Below are positions 8,202 to 17,745 of a stretch of 49,816 nt of DNA, piece after piece; within the stretch, counting starts at the first letter, position 1, and every line of letters begins with the position of its first letter. Made by a program: the position numbers and the translations under genes. The notes under the pieces were generated by a model. It did not search any database, was not told the origin of the DNA, and was given only the letters and a program-made list of their open reading frames with translations. This stretch comes from a virus (taxonomy: Duplodnaviria; Caudoviricetes). The DNA is taken from positions 1 through 49,816 of the IMG/VR virus record IMGVR_UViG_3300033519_000095; one strand, given 5' to 3'.

Positions 8202-8242
8202 GCAAAATATCTTTCGTATATTCAGGTATAAATAAAGAAAAT

Positions 8243-8467
8243 ATGAAAGCAATTTGGAATCTAGTTAGTTCGTTTATAGTTATAGCATTGACAATTTGGT
8301 TTGTAAAATGGTATGTTAAAGGCCATTTTGGCAAATACTTTATATTATTTTGGTTGAATACTATTTTAGCTATAGGAATTTATATGTATCGTAAGTCAAA
8401 TGAAATTCCATATAATCATCGTACCGGAGCTGAGATATGGGAAGAACAATATGGAAAAGTTTATTAA
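8243..8467 (+). CDS. small two-TM membrane protein
   Basis: Two hydrophobic segments; promoter 8213. Confidence 0.6.
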   Translation: MKAIWNLVSSFIVIALTIWFVKWYVKGHFGKYFILFWLNTILAIGIYMYRKSNEIPYNHRTGAEIWEEQYGKVY

Positions 8468-8531
8468 CGAGGGAATAGCATATTTAAAAGAAAGTTCGTA
8501 TATTCAAGTATAAATAAATAAATATAAGGTT

Positions 8532-9335
8532 ATGAAAGAAATGAAAGGTATTAAAGTAGAGCGTCGTGGTAGACCGAAAAAACAAGTTGAATCTATGAGC
8601 GAATTCAATTCCGCTAGTGTACAATTATTCAGAGGTAGTGAATTATCGTTTAACGAATCACTATTCAAACCGATGAAAACAGGTACTGAAATTGATCTGA
8701 TATTATCAACTGATGGCGGGTTAATGCCAGGTACTAACTTAATGTTAGCTGGAGGCCCTGGCTCAGGTAAAACCACATTAGCTCTTGATATGTTATCTCA
8801 ATTTACACAACAAGGTTTGAAGTGTTTGTTTATAAGTGGGGAAATGGATCAAATAGGATACTACAAGTATTGTAAACGTATGCCTAAGTTTAATTGTATT
8901 CAAACATTATTTTTGAAAGATTATTCAAAGAATGTTAAAGAAACAATTGAATATGTATTTAATTTGGGATATGATGTGATTGCTATTGATTCTATTGCTG
9001 AAGTAATTGAAATGTATAAAGATGCTTATAAAACTACAGAAAGTAATGCTGAGTTTTGGTTGTTGAATTTACAAGATAAAATGAAAAAAGGAGAGAATCT
9101 AAAACAATACTATACTTCGTTTATCAACATAAATCAAGTTACAAAATCAGGGGATTTCAGCGGGAGCAATAGGTTAAAGCATATGGTCGATGCGTTTTGC
9201 CATGTAGAGCGCAGTAAAGATGGATTGGAACGAACCATTCACTTCGATAAGAATCGTGATTGCGATAAAGATTTTAAAGTATACTTTTCCATTTACAAAG
9301 ACGGAGTACAATACGCCTTTAACCAAGAGGAGTAA
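8532..9335 (+). CDS. RecA-superfamily (RadA/Sms/KaiC-like) ATPase with N-terminal AT-hook
   Basis: RRGRPKK; Walker A GGPGSGKT; FISGE; Walker B IAIDS; QVTKSGDFSG-x3-LKHMVD as in RadA/Sms; KNR. Confidence 0.85.
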   Translation: MKEMKGIKVERRGRPKKQVESMSEFNSASVQLFRGSELSFNESLFKPMKTGTEIDLILSTDGGLMPGTNLMLAGGPGSGKTTLALDMLSQFTQQGLKCLFISGEMDQIGYYKYCKRMPKFNCIQTLFLKDYSKNVKETIEYVFNLGYDVIAIDSIAEVIEMYKDAYKTTESNAEFWLLNLQDKMKKGENLKQYYTSFININQVTKSGDFSGSNRLKHMVDAFCHVERSKDGLERTIHFDKNRDCDKDFKVYFSIYKDGVQYAFNQEE

Positions 9336-9396
9336 TCTTTTCTGGAAGAAGTGATGACTTTGATGGGGTTCTATAATATGTATAATAAAATACATT

Positions 9397-10185
9397 ATGG
9401 TAGGGATATACAAAATTACAAACCCAAAAGGAAGAATTTATATAGGACAATCTGTTAACATTGAAATTAGAAAAAGTAAATATAGATGTTTATCTCATAG
9501 TTCAAAACAACCTAAAATATTTACATCTATTCAAAAATATGGATGGGAACAACATAAATTTGATGAAATAGAAGAATGTACTTTAGAACAATTAAATGAA
9601 AGAGAAGTATACTGGAAGCAATACTACCTTGATCAAGTAGGTGGAGATTGGAAAAAAGTTATGTTTTGTAATTTATATGACAATGGAGGAGGACCATTAT
9701 CTGAGGAAACTAAACAAAAAATAAGTAAAGCAAATAAAGGAAAAATACCAAATGAAAAAACCAAACAAAGAAGAATAATGGGGATGAAAAGAGGAAAACA
9801 CTGCAAACCAGCATACCAATATGATCTTGAAGGTAATTTTATTCAAAAATGGGATTTTAGAGAAGATGCAGAACAAACATACAACCCAGGAAAAAAGTCT
9901 AATAATATAACTAGTTGTATAATAGGAAAAGCCAAAACAGCATATGGATTTCAATGGAAATCTTCACACTCAAATAAAATCCCCCCAGTTGAAGTTGTTG
10001 GAAAATCTGTAGGGCAATTTGATTTGGATGGGAATTTAATAAAACAGTGGGAATCCTGCAGAGAAGCAGAACAACATTTCAACCCAGAATCATTTCAAAA
10101 TAATAAATATGGAGCAAATAATCTCCACTCGAATATTAGTGGAAGACAAAAAACAGCTTATGGTTTTATATGGAAGTATCTTTAA
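9397..10185 (+). CDS. GIY-YIG homing endonuclease with NUMOD3/NUMOD1 repeats
   Basis: GIYKIT...IYIGQS; SEETKQKIS; two QYDLEG/QFDLDG...KTAYGF-x-W repeats. Confidence 0.9.
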   Translation: MVGIYKITNPKGRIYIGQSVNIEIRKSKYRCLSHSSKQPKIFTSIQKYGWEQHKFDEIEECTLEQLNEREVYWKQYYLDQVGGDWKKVMFCNLYDNGGGPLSEETKQKISKANKGKIPNEKTKQRRIMGMKRGKHCKPAYQYDLEGNFIQKWDFREDAEQTYNPGKKSNNITSCIIGKAKTAYGFQWKSSHSNKIPPVEVVGKSVGQFDLDGNLIKQWESCREAEQHFNPESFQNNKYGANNLHSNISGRQKTAYGFIWKYL

Positions 10186-10238
10186 AGAGGAATAGGCTTT
10201 TCAAAATTTCTTTCGTATATTAAATGAAAATTAAAGTT

Positions 10239-10367
10239 ATGAAATTAAGAAATCTATATGTATTTATCTTATTTTTAATTACATCATGTCAATCACCTCC
10301 TGATAAGAAATGTAGTTGTAAGTTAGGTAATGGGTATCATTTTATTGAATGTGATATTAATAAATAA
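10239..10367 (+). CDS. 42-aa putative lipoprotein
   Basis: MKLRNLYVFILFLITSC lipobox-like signal; follows promoter 10212. Confidence 0.45.
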   Translation: MKLRNLYVFILFLITSCQSPPDKKCSCKLGNGYHFIECDINK

Positions 10368-10427
10368 AAGGAATAGGGGGTACAAACCCCCTTTCGTATA
10401 TTAAATTTATAATTAAAAGAAAACATT

Positions 10428-10547
10428 ATGAGCTGTTCAGGAGGAAAATCAACGAAAAAAGGTCGCTACAACAAAGCGAACAATTTAAAACCACCTGTAT
10501 CGTATACAATCGATAGTAAAGGAAATGTTAAACCAAAGTATAATTAA
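10428..10547 (+). CDS. 39-aa basic peptide flanked by a 25-bp direct repeat
   Basis: MSCSGGKSTKKGRYNK...; follows promoter 10393. Confidence 0.5.
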   Translation: MSCSGGKSTKKGRYNKANNLKPPVSYTIDSKGNVKPKYN

Positions 10548-10558
10548 AAGAAAACATT

Positions 10559-11326
10559 ATGAGAAATTCGAAATTAACCAAATTTATTCCTATTGATAAC
10601 AATATCAACAAAGCAATAGCATTTGCAAACACACTAGATTTAAACAACATTAAAAATGTTCAACGAATCAAAACGAAAGAATTTTATATTCCAACACTAG
10701 ATGTAATTGAAAAATTACAAGATGAAGGCTGGCATATAACAGGAGTAAACGAACAACGAAGCAAAAGTCGTAAAATCGAAAGCAACTATGTTCAAATGCA
10801 ACACCCTGATTTTGCTATTAAAAACAATAAAGGAAAAGACGAAGCATTAGCATCGTTAACAATCACAAATAGTTGTAACGGAATTAAACCAATGCAATTA
10901 GATTTAGGTGTGTATCGTCAAGTATGTAGTAATGGTTTGATTGCGTTTGATCGAGCAGCTGAAAGTGAAAAGATTAAACATGTTCAAGTTAACTTCAACA
11001 ATTTAGATCATTTTATTTCAAACATATCTAGAAAAACATCAACTATTCTAAATGAATTTGAAAGATTAAAACATACAAATCTATCCACAGATGATATTAA
11101 GAGAATGGCATTTGAAGCCGCTCAACTACGTTACAACAATTTAGAAGATATTAACATTGATAGTTTACTTTCAGTTAATAGAATTGAAGATGAAGGAAAC
11201 GACTTGTGGACAGTATTCAACCGAATTCAAGAAAATTTAATCGGAGATGTTCGCAACTTAAATGAAGATATCAGATTAAACAAACAATTGTTCAGTTTAG
11301 CTAATCAATATGCTTTAGCAGTTTAA
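10559..11326 (+). CDS. DUF932-family protein (second paralog)
   Basis: YIPT, NSCNG, YRQVCSNGL, LWTVFNRIQE. Confidence 0.8.
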   Translation: MRNSKLTKFIPIDNNINKAIAFANTLDLNNIKNVQRIKTKEFYIPTLDVIEKLQDEGWHITGVNEQRSKSRKIESNYVQMQHPDFAIKNNKGKDEALASLTITNSCNGIKPMQLDLGVYRQVCSNGLIAFDRAAESEKIKHVQVNFNNLDHFISNISRKTSTILNEFERLKHTNLSTDDIKRMAFEAAQLRYNNLEDINIDSLLSVNRIEDEGNDLWTVFNRIQENLIGDVRNLNEDIRLNKQLFSLANQYALAV

Positions 11327-11360
11327 AATATATTCGCTTCATAACCGGAAAAACAGCGTT

Positions 11361-11383
11361 AGCTCCTATTTATAGGAGCTTTC
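11361..11383 (+). terminator. hairpin terminator
   Basis: agctcctat-tt-ataggagct followed by a short T run. Confidence 0.5.
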
Positions 11384-11450
11384 GTTGACGAAGGTATTGA
11401 GATATCAAAAGAAATTTCGTATATTGAGTGAAATAAGTAAAGATAAAATT

Positions 11451-11777
11451 ATGAAAGTACATTATGATTTTAATGAAGGTATTTTAAGAATTAAAAAATA
11501 TCTAGAAAACTACATAGATCAAAGTAAAACATATCTATTTGAAGATATTAAACAATGTGATGATATTGATGATTTGAGAAGAGCTCTTGGAGATTACGAA
11601 TTTGCTGAGCGAGCAATAGAGCAAGCTTTTAAAAATTTAGAGCAAGCTGGAAGTATGGCAGAAATATTCATAGCAGTTGAAAATACTTGGTTGGGTGATG
11701 ATGAAGATCGTATTATCAGCTTATTGTTAAATATTGAAATTGAAGTAATATGGGAAAAAGCGCAAAACAACAAGTAG
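11451..11777 (+). CDS. acidic hypothetical protein
   Basis: Start moved to the ATG after promoter 11416. Confidence 0.6.
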   Translation: MKVHYDFNEGILRIKKYLENYIDQSKTYLFEDIKQCDDIDDLRRALGDYEFAERAIEQAFKNLEQAGSMAEIFIAVENTWLGDDEDRIISLLLNIEIEVIWEKAQNNK

Positions 11778-11895
11778 AGGAAATCGAGATGGCACGTTTC
11801 ATGTTATATTTAGAAGGTTTACTTTACAGTGGAGGAATTGTATTAACAAAGTAATTTTCGTATATTCAGGTATAAATAAATAAATAAAAAAGGTT

Positions 11896-12090
11896 ATGAA
11901 AAAATTAAACGGATTTGAAAGACATCTAATCGAAGAAGGATTAAAATTATTATCTGAAAAGCTGAAACTAGAAATAACAGTTGCGGAAAGTAAAGGTAAA
12001 AGAGCCTTAATGACAGCAGGTTTTGTTGATATGCAAGTAGATGCTGCATTGGAGAAATTAGAGTCATTAACATTAAAATCAAAGTTTTAA
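11896..12090 (+). CDS. hypothetical protein
   Basis: Promoter 11857; aaggttATG start. Confidence 0.65.
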   Translation: MKKLNGFERHLIEEGLKLLSEKLKLEITVAESKGKRALMTAGFVDMQVDAALEKLESLTLKSKF

Positions 12091-12091
12091 T

Positions 12092-12439
12092 ATGAGTGGA
12101 GGTGCATTTGATTATAATCAGTTTAAAATCAGAATGATTGCTGATGATATTGAGGAAACAATTAGAAATAGTGGTAAAGAAAAAACCACAGAGGAACTAA
12201 AAAATCACTATGGTTATGACTATGAGAGATGGATCGAGAAATACCCTGAAGATAAATTTTACTACACATACCCACCTGAGGTACTAAAAGAATTTAAAGC
12301 AGCAGTACATAACTTACATGTAGCAGAAATATATGCACAGCGGGTTGATTGGTTATTATCAGGTGATGATGGTGAGGAATCGTTTATTGAAAGATTGAAA
12401 AAAGATTTAGATAAATTGAGTAAGGAAGAGGAGATATAA
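12092..12439 (+). CDS. conserved phage protein (MSGGAFDY...DWLLSGDDGE)
   Basis: Recurrent phage hypothetical motif. Confidence 0.75.
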   Translation: MSGGAFDYNQFKIRMIADDIEETIRNSGKEKTTEELKNHYGYDYERWIEKYPEDKFYYTYPPEVLKEFKAAVHNLHVAEIYAQRVDWLLSGDDGEESFIERLKKDLDKLSKEEEI

Positions 12440-12481
12440 TCTCCTTTTCGTATATTCAAGTATAAATTTAAAAATGAAAGT

Positions 12482-12637
12482 ATGTATGGTCTAGATTGTA
12501 GTTATTACACAGCAGAATTTGAGACATTAGAGGAATTAATAGAGGTTGTAATGATTAATGGAATAGATCCGAGTTATGAAATAACTAAGAACGGAAAAGG
12601 AACTGGAGGATTATTAGAAGATTTTATAATACATTAA
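12482..12637 (+). CDS. 51-aa hypothetical protein
   Basis: MYGLDCSYY...; follows promoter 12447. Confidence 0.5.
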   Translation: MYGLDCSYYTAEFETLEELIEVVMINGIDPSYEITKNGKGTGGLLEDFIIH

Positions 12638-12650
12638 ATAGAGGAAAGTT

Positions 12651-12803
12651 ATGAAAATGCTATTAATATTAGGTGTGTGGTATGGTATATTTTGTTTTGT
12701 AACAGGAAATACTCAACCAATGGAATGGTCAACAACAGCAAAGGTATGGGCTGTGATTGTGGGTTTACTAGTAATAAATTCTAATAGAGAAGATAAATAT
12801 TAA
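12651..12803 (+). CDS. 50-aa membrane peptide
   Basis: Two hydrophobic stretches; aagttATG start. Confidence 0.45.
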   Translation: MKMLLILGVWYGIFCFVTGNTQPMEWSTTAKVWAVIVGLLVINSNREDKY

Positions 12804-12845
12804 AGTAAATTTCGTATATTCAAGCATAATTAAAAAATATAAATT

Positions 12846-13157
12846 ATGAAAGTACAATATAAAGTTATTAATTTGGGTTTGAATGAGTTGGGTGTTAAAG
12901 AAATTAATGAGTTTTATAAAACAAATATTAAAAAAAATTTCTTTAAAGAAGTTAAATTAGGATATCGTATAGGAAAATCCTCTAAATTATTTAAACAAGA
13001 AAAATCATTTTTGGGTTTAAAGGATGAAAATGATTTTGATTTTGTTGATTGTACAAGTTGTGATAATGGTAAGTATTTTCGGGTATTATTAAAACATATT
13101 AACTACAAAATAGTTAAATTAGAAGTAGTTGAAAAAGAGCTTGGGTTTGTTTTTTAA
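12846..13157 (+). CDS. hypothetical protein
   Basis: Promoter 12811. Confidence 0.55.
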   Translation: MKVQYKVINLGLNELGVKEINEFYKTNIKKNFFKEVKLGYRIGKSSKLFKQEKSFLGLKDENDFDFVDCTSCDNGKYFRVLLKHINYKIVKLEVVEKELGFVF

Positions 13158-13196
13158 AAATAGAATTCGTATATTGATTATATAAAAAGAAAAGTT

Positions 13197-13949
13197 ATGA
13201 CAGGAAAACAGTTAGATTTATTTGAAGGTGTGTTATTAACAGCCGATCAACAAACACAAGTTGACAATTACATTGTTGAACAAAACAAAATCATTACATA
13301 TCAGGAAAATGAAAATCAACGAATTGAAAGAATGCTTATTGAAGCAGGATTCATCAAAGGTGTTCATTTCAAAAATGATTTCAAATCATCAACCACTACA
13401 CGTAAAGTAACATTAGGTTATAGATATAATAAAACACAATTTGAAGTTGAAGTTACAGCTAAAATGGATACAGGTGGAATTATTTTGTTAGGTAAACGTT
13501 TTGATTTATCAACTAAAGAATTAAAAAACGCTACATTTAGTTTTAATGTTCAAAAAGATAAATTACAATCATGGGGTATTCAAGATCAATCTCGTTATGT
13601 AAAACCAAATACATTTTTAACTAAATTGTTGGAATTCAATGAAAAAGAAACACAACGACTCGAGGAATATAACAAAACAACAGCATTATTGAATGCTACA
13701 CTCAACAAATACAAAACATTATATCCATCAGCTACAGTTACAAGCGGACGTGGTTATGCAAAGTACTATGGTTCGTTTGATACAGTTAAGGTTGAATTTG
13801 AATCAGGTAGTTTCATTGAGTTTCGAATTGATATTTACAATGATAGAGATGTTGTGTTTAAGAAGAGAGATGTTGAATATGAAGCATTGAATACAGAGGA
13901 ATTGTTAGAACAATTTTCAAAACAAGTAAAAAAGGAAGGCTCTAATTAA
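13197..13949 (+). CDS. hypothetical protein
   Basis: 250 aa; promoter 13166; N-terminal QLDLF resembles a beta-clamp binding motif. Confidence 0.7.
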   Translation: MTGKQLDLFEGVLLTADQQTQVDNYIVEQNKIITYQENENQRIERMLIEAGFIKGVHFKNDFKSSTTTRKVTLGYRYNKTQFEVEVTAKMDTGGIILLGKRFDLSTKELKNATFSFNVQKDKLQSWGIQDQSRYVKPNTFLTKLLEFNEKETQRLEEYNKTTALLNATLNKYKTLYPSATVTSGRGYAKYYGSFDTVKVEFESGSFIEFRIDIYNDRDVVFKKRDVEYEALNTEELLEQFSKQVKKEGSN

Positions 13950-14017
13950 AGAGTCTTTCGTATATTCAGTCATATAAAAGCAATTAAAATAAAGGTTATA
14001 AATTAAAAGAAAAAAAC

Positions 14018-14392
14018 ATGGCAACTCGTAGTCGTATAGCAATTGAAAATCAAGACGGAACAGTAACATCAATTTATTGTCATTTTGATGGTTATTTAAG
14101 AGGAGTAGGAAAACTATTAAAAGAATACTACACAACTCAATCCAAAGTACAAACATTAATTGAATTAGGAGACATTTCATCATTGGATATGACTCCAACA
14201 TCAACAATTGCATATCATCGTGATCGTGGTGAGGATTTTAACCAATCAACAGATAAAGATGTAGAATCGTTTTTCATCGAAAATTATCAAGATTATGGCT
14301 ATTTGTTTACAAAAGATAATCGTTGGTTAGTTTCAAATGGAGGTCCTGTAGCAGATCTTCAATTAGCTTTAGAAGGGGAAGATGTTCTGTAA
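14018..14392 (+). CDS. conserved phage protein (MATRSRI...IYCHFDGY)
   Basis: Recurrent Y-C-H-x-D-G-Y phage family motif. Confidence 0.75.
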   Translation: MATRSRIAIENQDGTVTSIYCHFDGYLRGVGKLLKEYYTTQSKVQTLIELGDISSLDMTPTSTIAYHRDRGEDFNQSTDKDVESFFIENYQDYGYLFTKDNRWLVSNGGPVADLQLALEGEDVL

Positions 14393-14434
14393 AAAAGAAT
14401 TCGTATATTCAAGTATAAAGAAAAAAATAAAATC

Positions 14435-14890
14435 ATGGGGAGTGTAATTAATGATATTGAATGTCCAAATTGTAAACAAGAAGCTTATAGTGACTTCTAC
14501 TACAAAACAGGTGAGCAATATGTGAGTTGTAATAATTGTGGTTACCACGCTTCAGCAACAATTATAAATCGGGATAAAAAACTAAATGAATTAACTGATG
14601 ATGATTGGAAAATTGTTGAATTGAAGAATCCATATGGTGCATACCGAATTAAACACTATGATAGTATAGCGACTCAATGCGGATCGTTAGAAAACGAAGA
14701 AAACTACAATAACCTAAAAGAATGGGTTGAAAAAGAAACAAATGATGTTGAATATTTCCAGATTAGTCGTTTTGTAGATGGTGAGATTAAAGTTGAAATT
14801 GTAATTGACAATGGCCCTAAATACGACTCACCAGGATTTTCAATTGAAGATAAATTTGAATATGATGAAGAAAAGGACGTTTTCAATTAA
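14435..14890 (+). CDS. Zn-ribbon protein
   Basis: CPNC...CNNC; promoter 14400. Confidence 0.7.
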   Translation: MGSVINDIECPNCKQEAYSDFYYKTGEQYVSCNNCGYHASATIINRDKKLNELTDDDWKIVELKNPYGAYRIKHYDSIATQCGSLENEENYNNLKEWVEKETNDVEYFQISRFVDGEIKVEIVIDNGPKYDSPGFSIEDKFEYDEEKDVFN

Positions 14891-15012
14891 AATAAATTTC
14901 GTATATTAATTGGATGTAACAAGAGTTGATATTTGGGGTTATATTATATGTTATGACTAAAATTATTAAAAGAGCTTTCGTATATTCAGGTATAAATTTA
15001 AAAATAAGAGTT

Positions 15013-15180
15013 ATGACAGTAAAAGAATTAATTGAGGAATTGCAAAAATTAAATCAAAACAAACAAGTGTATTTGAGTGATAATGAGTTAGATGAAGATA
15101 CTTATTTTTATAAAGCATTGGACGTTAGAGAAATTAATGTGGGTGAAGTTGAGATAGTATCTATTCTATATAGAAATTAG
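15013..15180 (+). CDS. MTVKELIE-type small protein
   Basis: Start after promoter 14977. Confidence 0.6.
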   Translation: MTVKELIEELQKLNQNKQVYLSDNELDEDTYFYKALDVREINVGEVEIVSILYRN

Positions 15181-15253
15181 GGAATAGATTATATAAAATA
15201 AATTTCGTATATTGATTGTATAAGAAAAGGGTATAAACTAAAAAATAAAAGTT

Positions 15254-15577
15254 ATGAAAAAAGAAAATTTAATTGAACAACTAAACACAGCAAAATCATT
15301 ATCATCAACAGTTGATATTGATAAAGTAATTGAATTGATTAAACAAATTGAAGTAGGAGGACTTACGGATGAAATTGCGGGTGGAATATCTAAAAAATTA
15401 GAATTAATCTTAGATAGTAGAAATGGTGATTTAGTTGATACTGATAGTGCCGAGTTTGAGTTTAGTTATGATAATAGAATTGAGTTGAGTAGGGTAGATG
15501 TTAATACTTCAAACATAATTGAGTCTTTAAATGATATACTATATGAATTTATCATTGAGGAAGGTGGAAGAAAGTGA
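15254..15577 (+). CDS. acidic hypothetical protein
   Basis: Promoter 15204. Confidence 0.65.
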   Translation: MKKENLIEQLNTAKSLSSTVDIDKVIELIKQIEVGGLTDEIAGGISKKLELILDSRNGDLVDTDSAEFEFSYDNRIELSRVDVNTSNIIESLNDILYEFIIEEGGRK

Positions 15578-15675
15578 GAATGAAGATTCAACAGAGGAAG
15601 CAGCTAATTAAAGCTGCTTTCGTATATTAAGGTATAAATAAAGAAAATATTAATTAAATTTAAAAAATAAAGGCT

Positions 15676-15894
15676 ATGAAATTAATTAAATTAACATTAC
15701 TAAATAAAAAACAACCTATTTATATAAACATAGATATGATAGGATCCATATATAAAGGAGGAGATAAACAAATATATGGTAAATCAGATGAAACACATAC
15801 TGTTATAGGGCATTTAACACATAACAATGGTGGATTTAAAGTGATTGAAAGTGTAGAAGAAATACTAAAATTAATTAAGGAATCAAATACATAA
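15676..15894 (+). CDS. small protein, FlbD-like pattern
   Basis: IKLT...IYINIDMI...KVIESVEEI pattern; promoter 15619. Confidence 0.55.
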   Translation: MKLIKLTLLNKKQPIYINIDMIGSIYKGGDKQIYGKSDETHTVIGHLTHNNGGFKVIESVEEILKLIKESNT

Positions 15895-15936
15895 TATAGA
15901 ATTCGTATATTCAAGTATAAAAGAAATATAAAGGTT

Positions 15937-16107
15937 ATGATAGAAGAAAATAAACAAATTATGGGAATGGATAAAGATATACATTTTACGGATGAACAAG
16001 GTAATGAATTCTTTGTTAAGGTAAGAGATGGAAAAGTAGTAGTATTTAAAAATAAAAATGAAATAGAAGATATTAGATCTTATGATGAAGAATTAACTGA
16101 GGAATGA
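15937..16107 (+). CDS. 56-aa acidic protein
   Basis: Promoter 15902; ends LTEE* within the next GAGGAA element. Confidence 0.5.
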   Translation: MIEENKQIMGMDKDIHFTDEQGNEFFVKVRDGKVVVFKNKNEIEDIRSYDEELTEE

Positions 16108-16160
16108 AATTAGTAAAAGAAAGTTCATATATTCAAGTATAAATTAAAAAAATATAAATT

Positions 16161-16370
16161 ATGAAAGTAGAAACAAAAGATACAAAACAATTAAATCCAT
16201 TCAAACCATTTGAATTAGCAATAACAATTGAGAGTAAGCAGGAATTAGATGCATTGATTGAGATGTGTAAATTTAACCGAACAATTCCAGACTTGGTATA
16301 TAAAGATAATAGTAATTTTATAACGCTATTCCTAGATGAAATAAGGAATACCTTAATAAACAAGGAATAA
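16161..16370 (+). CDS. hypothetical protein
   Basis: Promoter variant 16124. Confidence 0.6.
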   Translation: MKVETKDTKQLNPFKPFELAITIESKQELDALIEMCKFNRTIPDLVYKDNSNFITLFLDEIRNTLINKE

Positions 16371-16943
16371 TGGAGATAAAATCCAGTAATGGATAAACGT
16401 ATATGAATAAAATAATTAAAATAATATTATCCATTGGAGATAACAAAGATAAAACTAAATAATATCCAGTAAAATATAACACTATGAGTAAGAGAAACAA
16501 AATGATTGTATTCGCAATTATTGTATCAATTATAGTAGGAGGAAGTATTATGTGTTGGAGTAGTTGGAATTGTGTGGTTTTAATGTTGGATGAATTGTTC
16601 GATTAAGCTAAGATAAACGCGTTAACTGCTATTGAGAGGTATAGATTACGAGTGTAATGAACTAATCTTAACATTAGTTAAGCTCACGTGGAATATGATA
16701 TTGAGAGTTGAATACACAACGAGATAAACCAACGGAATGGATTACGAGTGTGTCAAACATGATATTAAGAGTGATAAAATGATGTGTGGGGAATAGAGTA
16801 TGTGGAGGATGTCGTATATGAAATCGGGATTGGATTGGTTAGGAATGTAACCCTCATGCATCGCCCCACCCCACCCTTCCGAACCTCTCAAAAGTATATA
16901 CCCTCTATTGCGATTATGCGCCACTATGCGCGATTACGAGAGT

Positions 16944-17163
16944 GTTTACCCGCGGAAGATTCCAACATAACCCAACGTGTTAGGTTGGTTTAACAAGACA
17001 CACCACTGGATAATAAAATTGGATAGCGAGGGACCCGCCATAGGTGCGATTCGTAACCTTAATAGGGTCGATATCGACACAAAAATATCCAAAGTTTACC
17101 CGCGGAAGATTACAAACTAACCCAACATGTTAGGTTGGTTTATTCTTTCACCCGTGGAAGATT
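16944..17163. repeat. 49-bp direct repeat x2 plus a partial third copy in a non-coding region
   Basis: gtttacccgcggaagatt...aacccaac(g/a)tgttaggttggttta at 16944-16992 and 17094-17142; tcacccgtggaagatt at 17148-17163. Confidence 0.85.
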
Positions 17164-17197
17164 TGGAGACTACAAAAGGCTTTCGTATATTTATTAT

Positions 17198-17706
17198 ATG
17201 GATAAAATAAATTACCAATTAAATATATTGGAAGAACTGATAATCCTACAACAAGACTGCAAAGTCATATTAGAGATGGAATGAATGGGAAAAATTCACC
17301 ATTATATATTTGGATTAAATTAGTTTTGGATAAAGGATATGAAATTAAAATGACCTTACTCCATCAATGTGATATATTTGAAGTAAATAAACAGGAAAAA
17401 ATATTTATTGAAGAATATAAATCTAATAATTTATTAAATATTTCCAATAATGAAAGAAGATCACCAACAGAATTATATAAAAGAAACAAACAACTTAGTA
17501 GAGATAACCATAAATTAAATGAACAAATAAATAAGTTAATGGGTGGTAAAGATATTAAAAAAGAAAATAAGTCATTGAAATGTGAAATTAATGAATTAAA
17601 AGCCCAAGTGAATAAATGGATGGTTTATTCTAATAAACTAGAACAATATATCAGTGATAGTGGAATTAAACCTTTTAAAAGAAAATCAAAAGGAACAATA
17701 ATATAG
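17198..17706 (+). pseudogene. frameshifted/deleted GIY-YIG-like nuclease with coiled-coil C-terminus
   Basis: KYIGRTDNPTTRLQSH is in frame upstream of 17281, but the ATG at 17198 is out of frame and the first (G)IY motif is missing. Confidence 0.55.
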
Positions 17707-17745
17707 AGATATTGTTCGTATATTCAGGCTATAAAATTAAGAAAC

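Noticed and set aside
11385-15012. Upstream TTG starts at 11385 and 14926
   Set aside because: The extensions run through the promoter motif; ATGs at 11451 and 15013 fit the usual start context.
16742-16993. ORFs 16742..16924 (-) and 16784..16993 (+)
   Set aside because: Atypical composition, no promoter motif, and they overlap the repeat region.
16944-17163. Mini CRISPR array
   Set aside because: Only two full 49-bp copies with a 101-bp spacer, and no cas genes.
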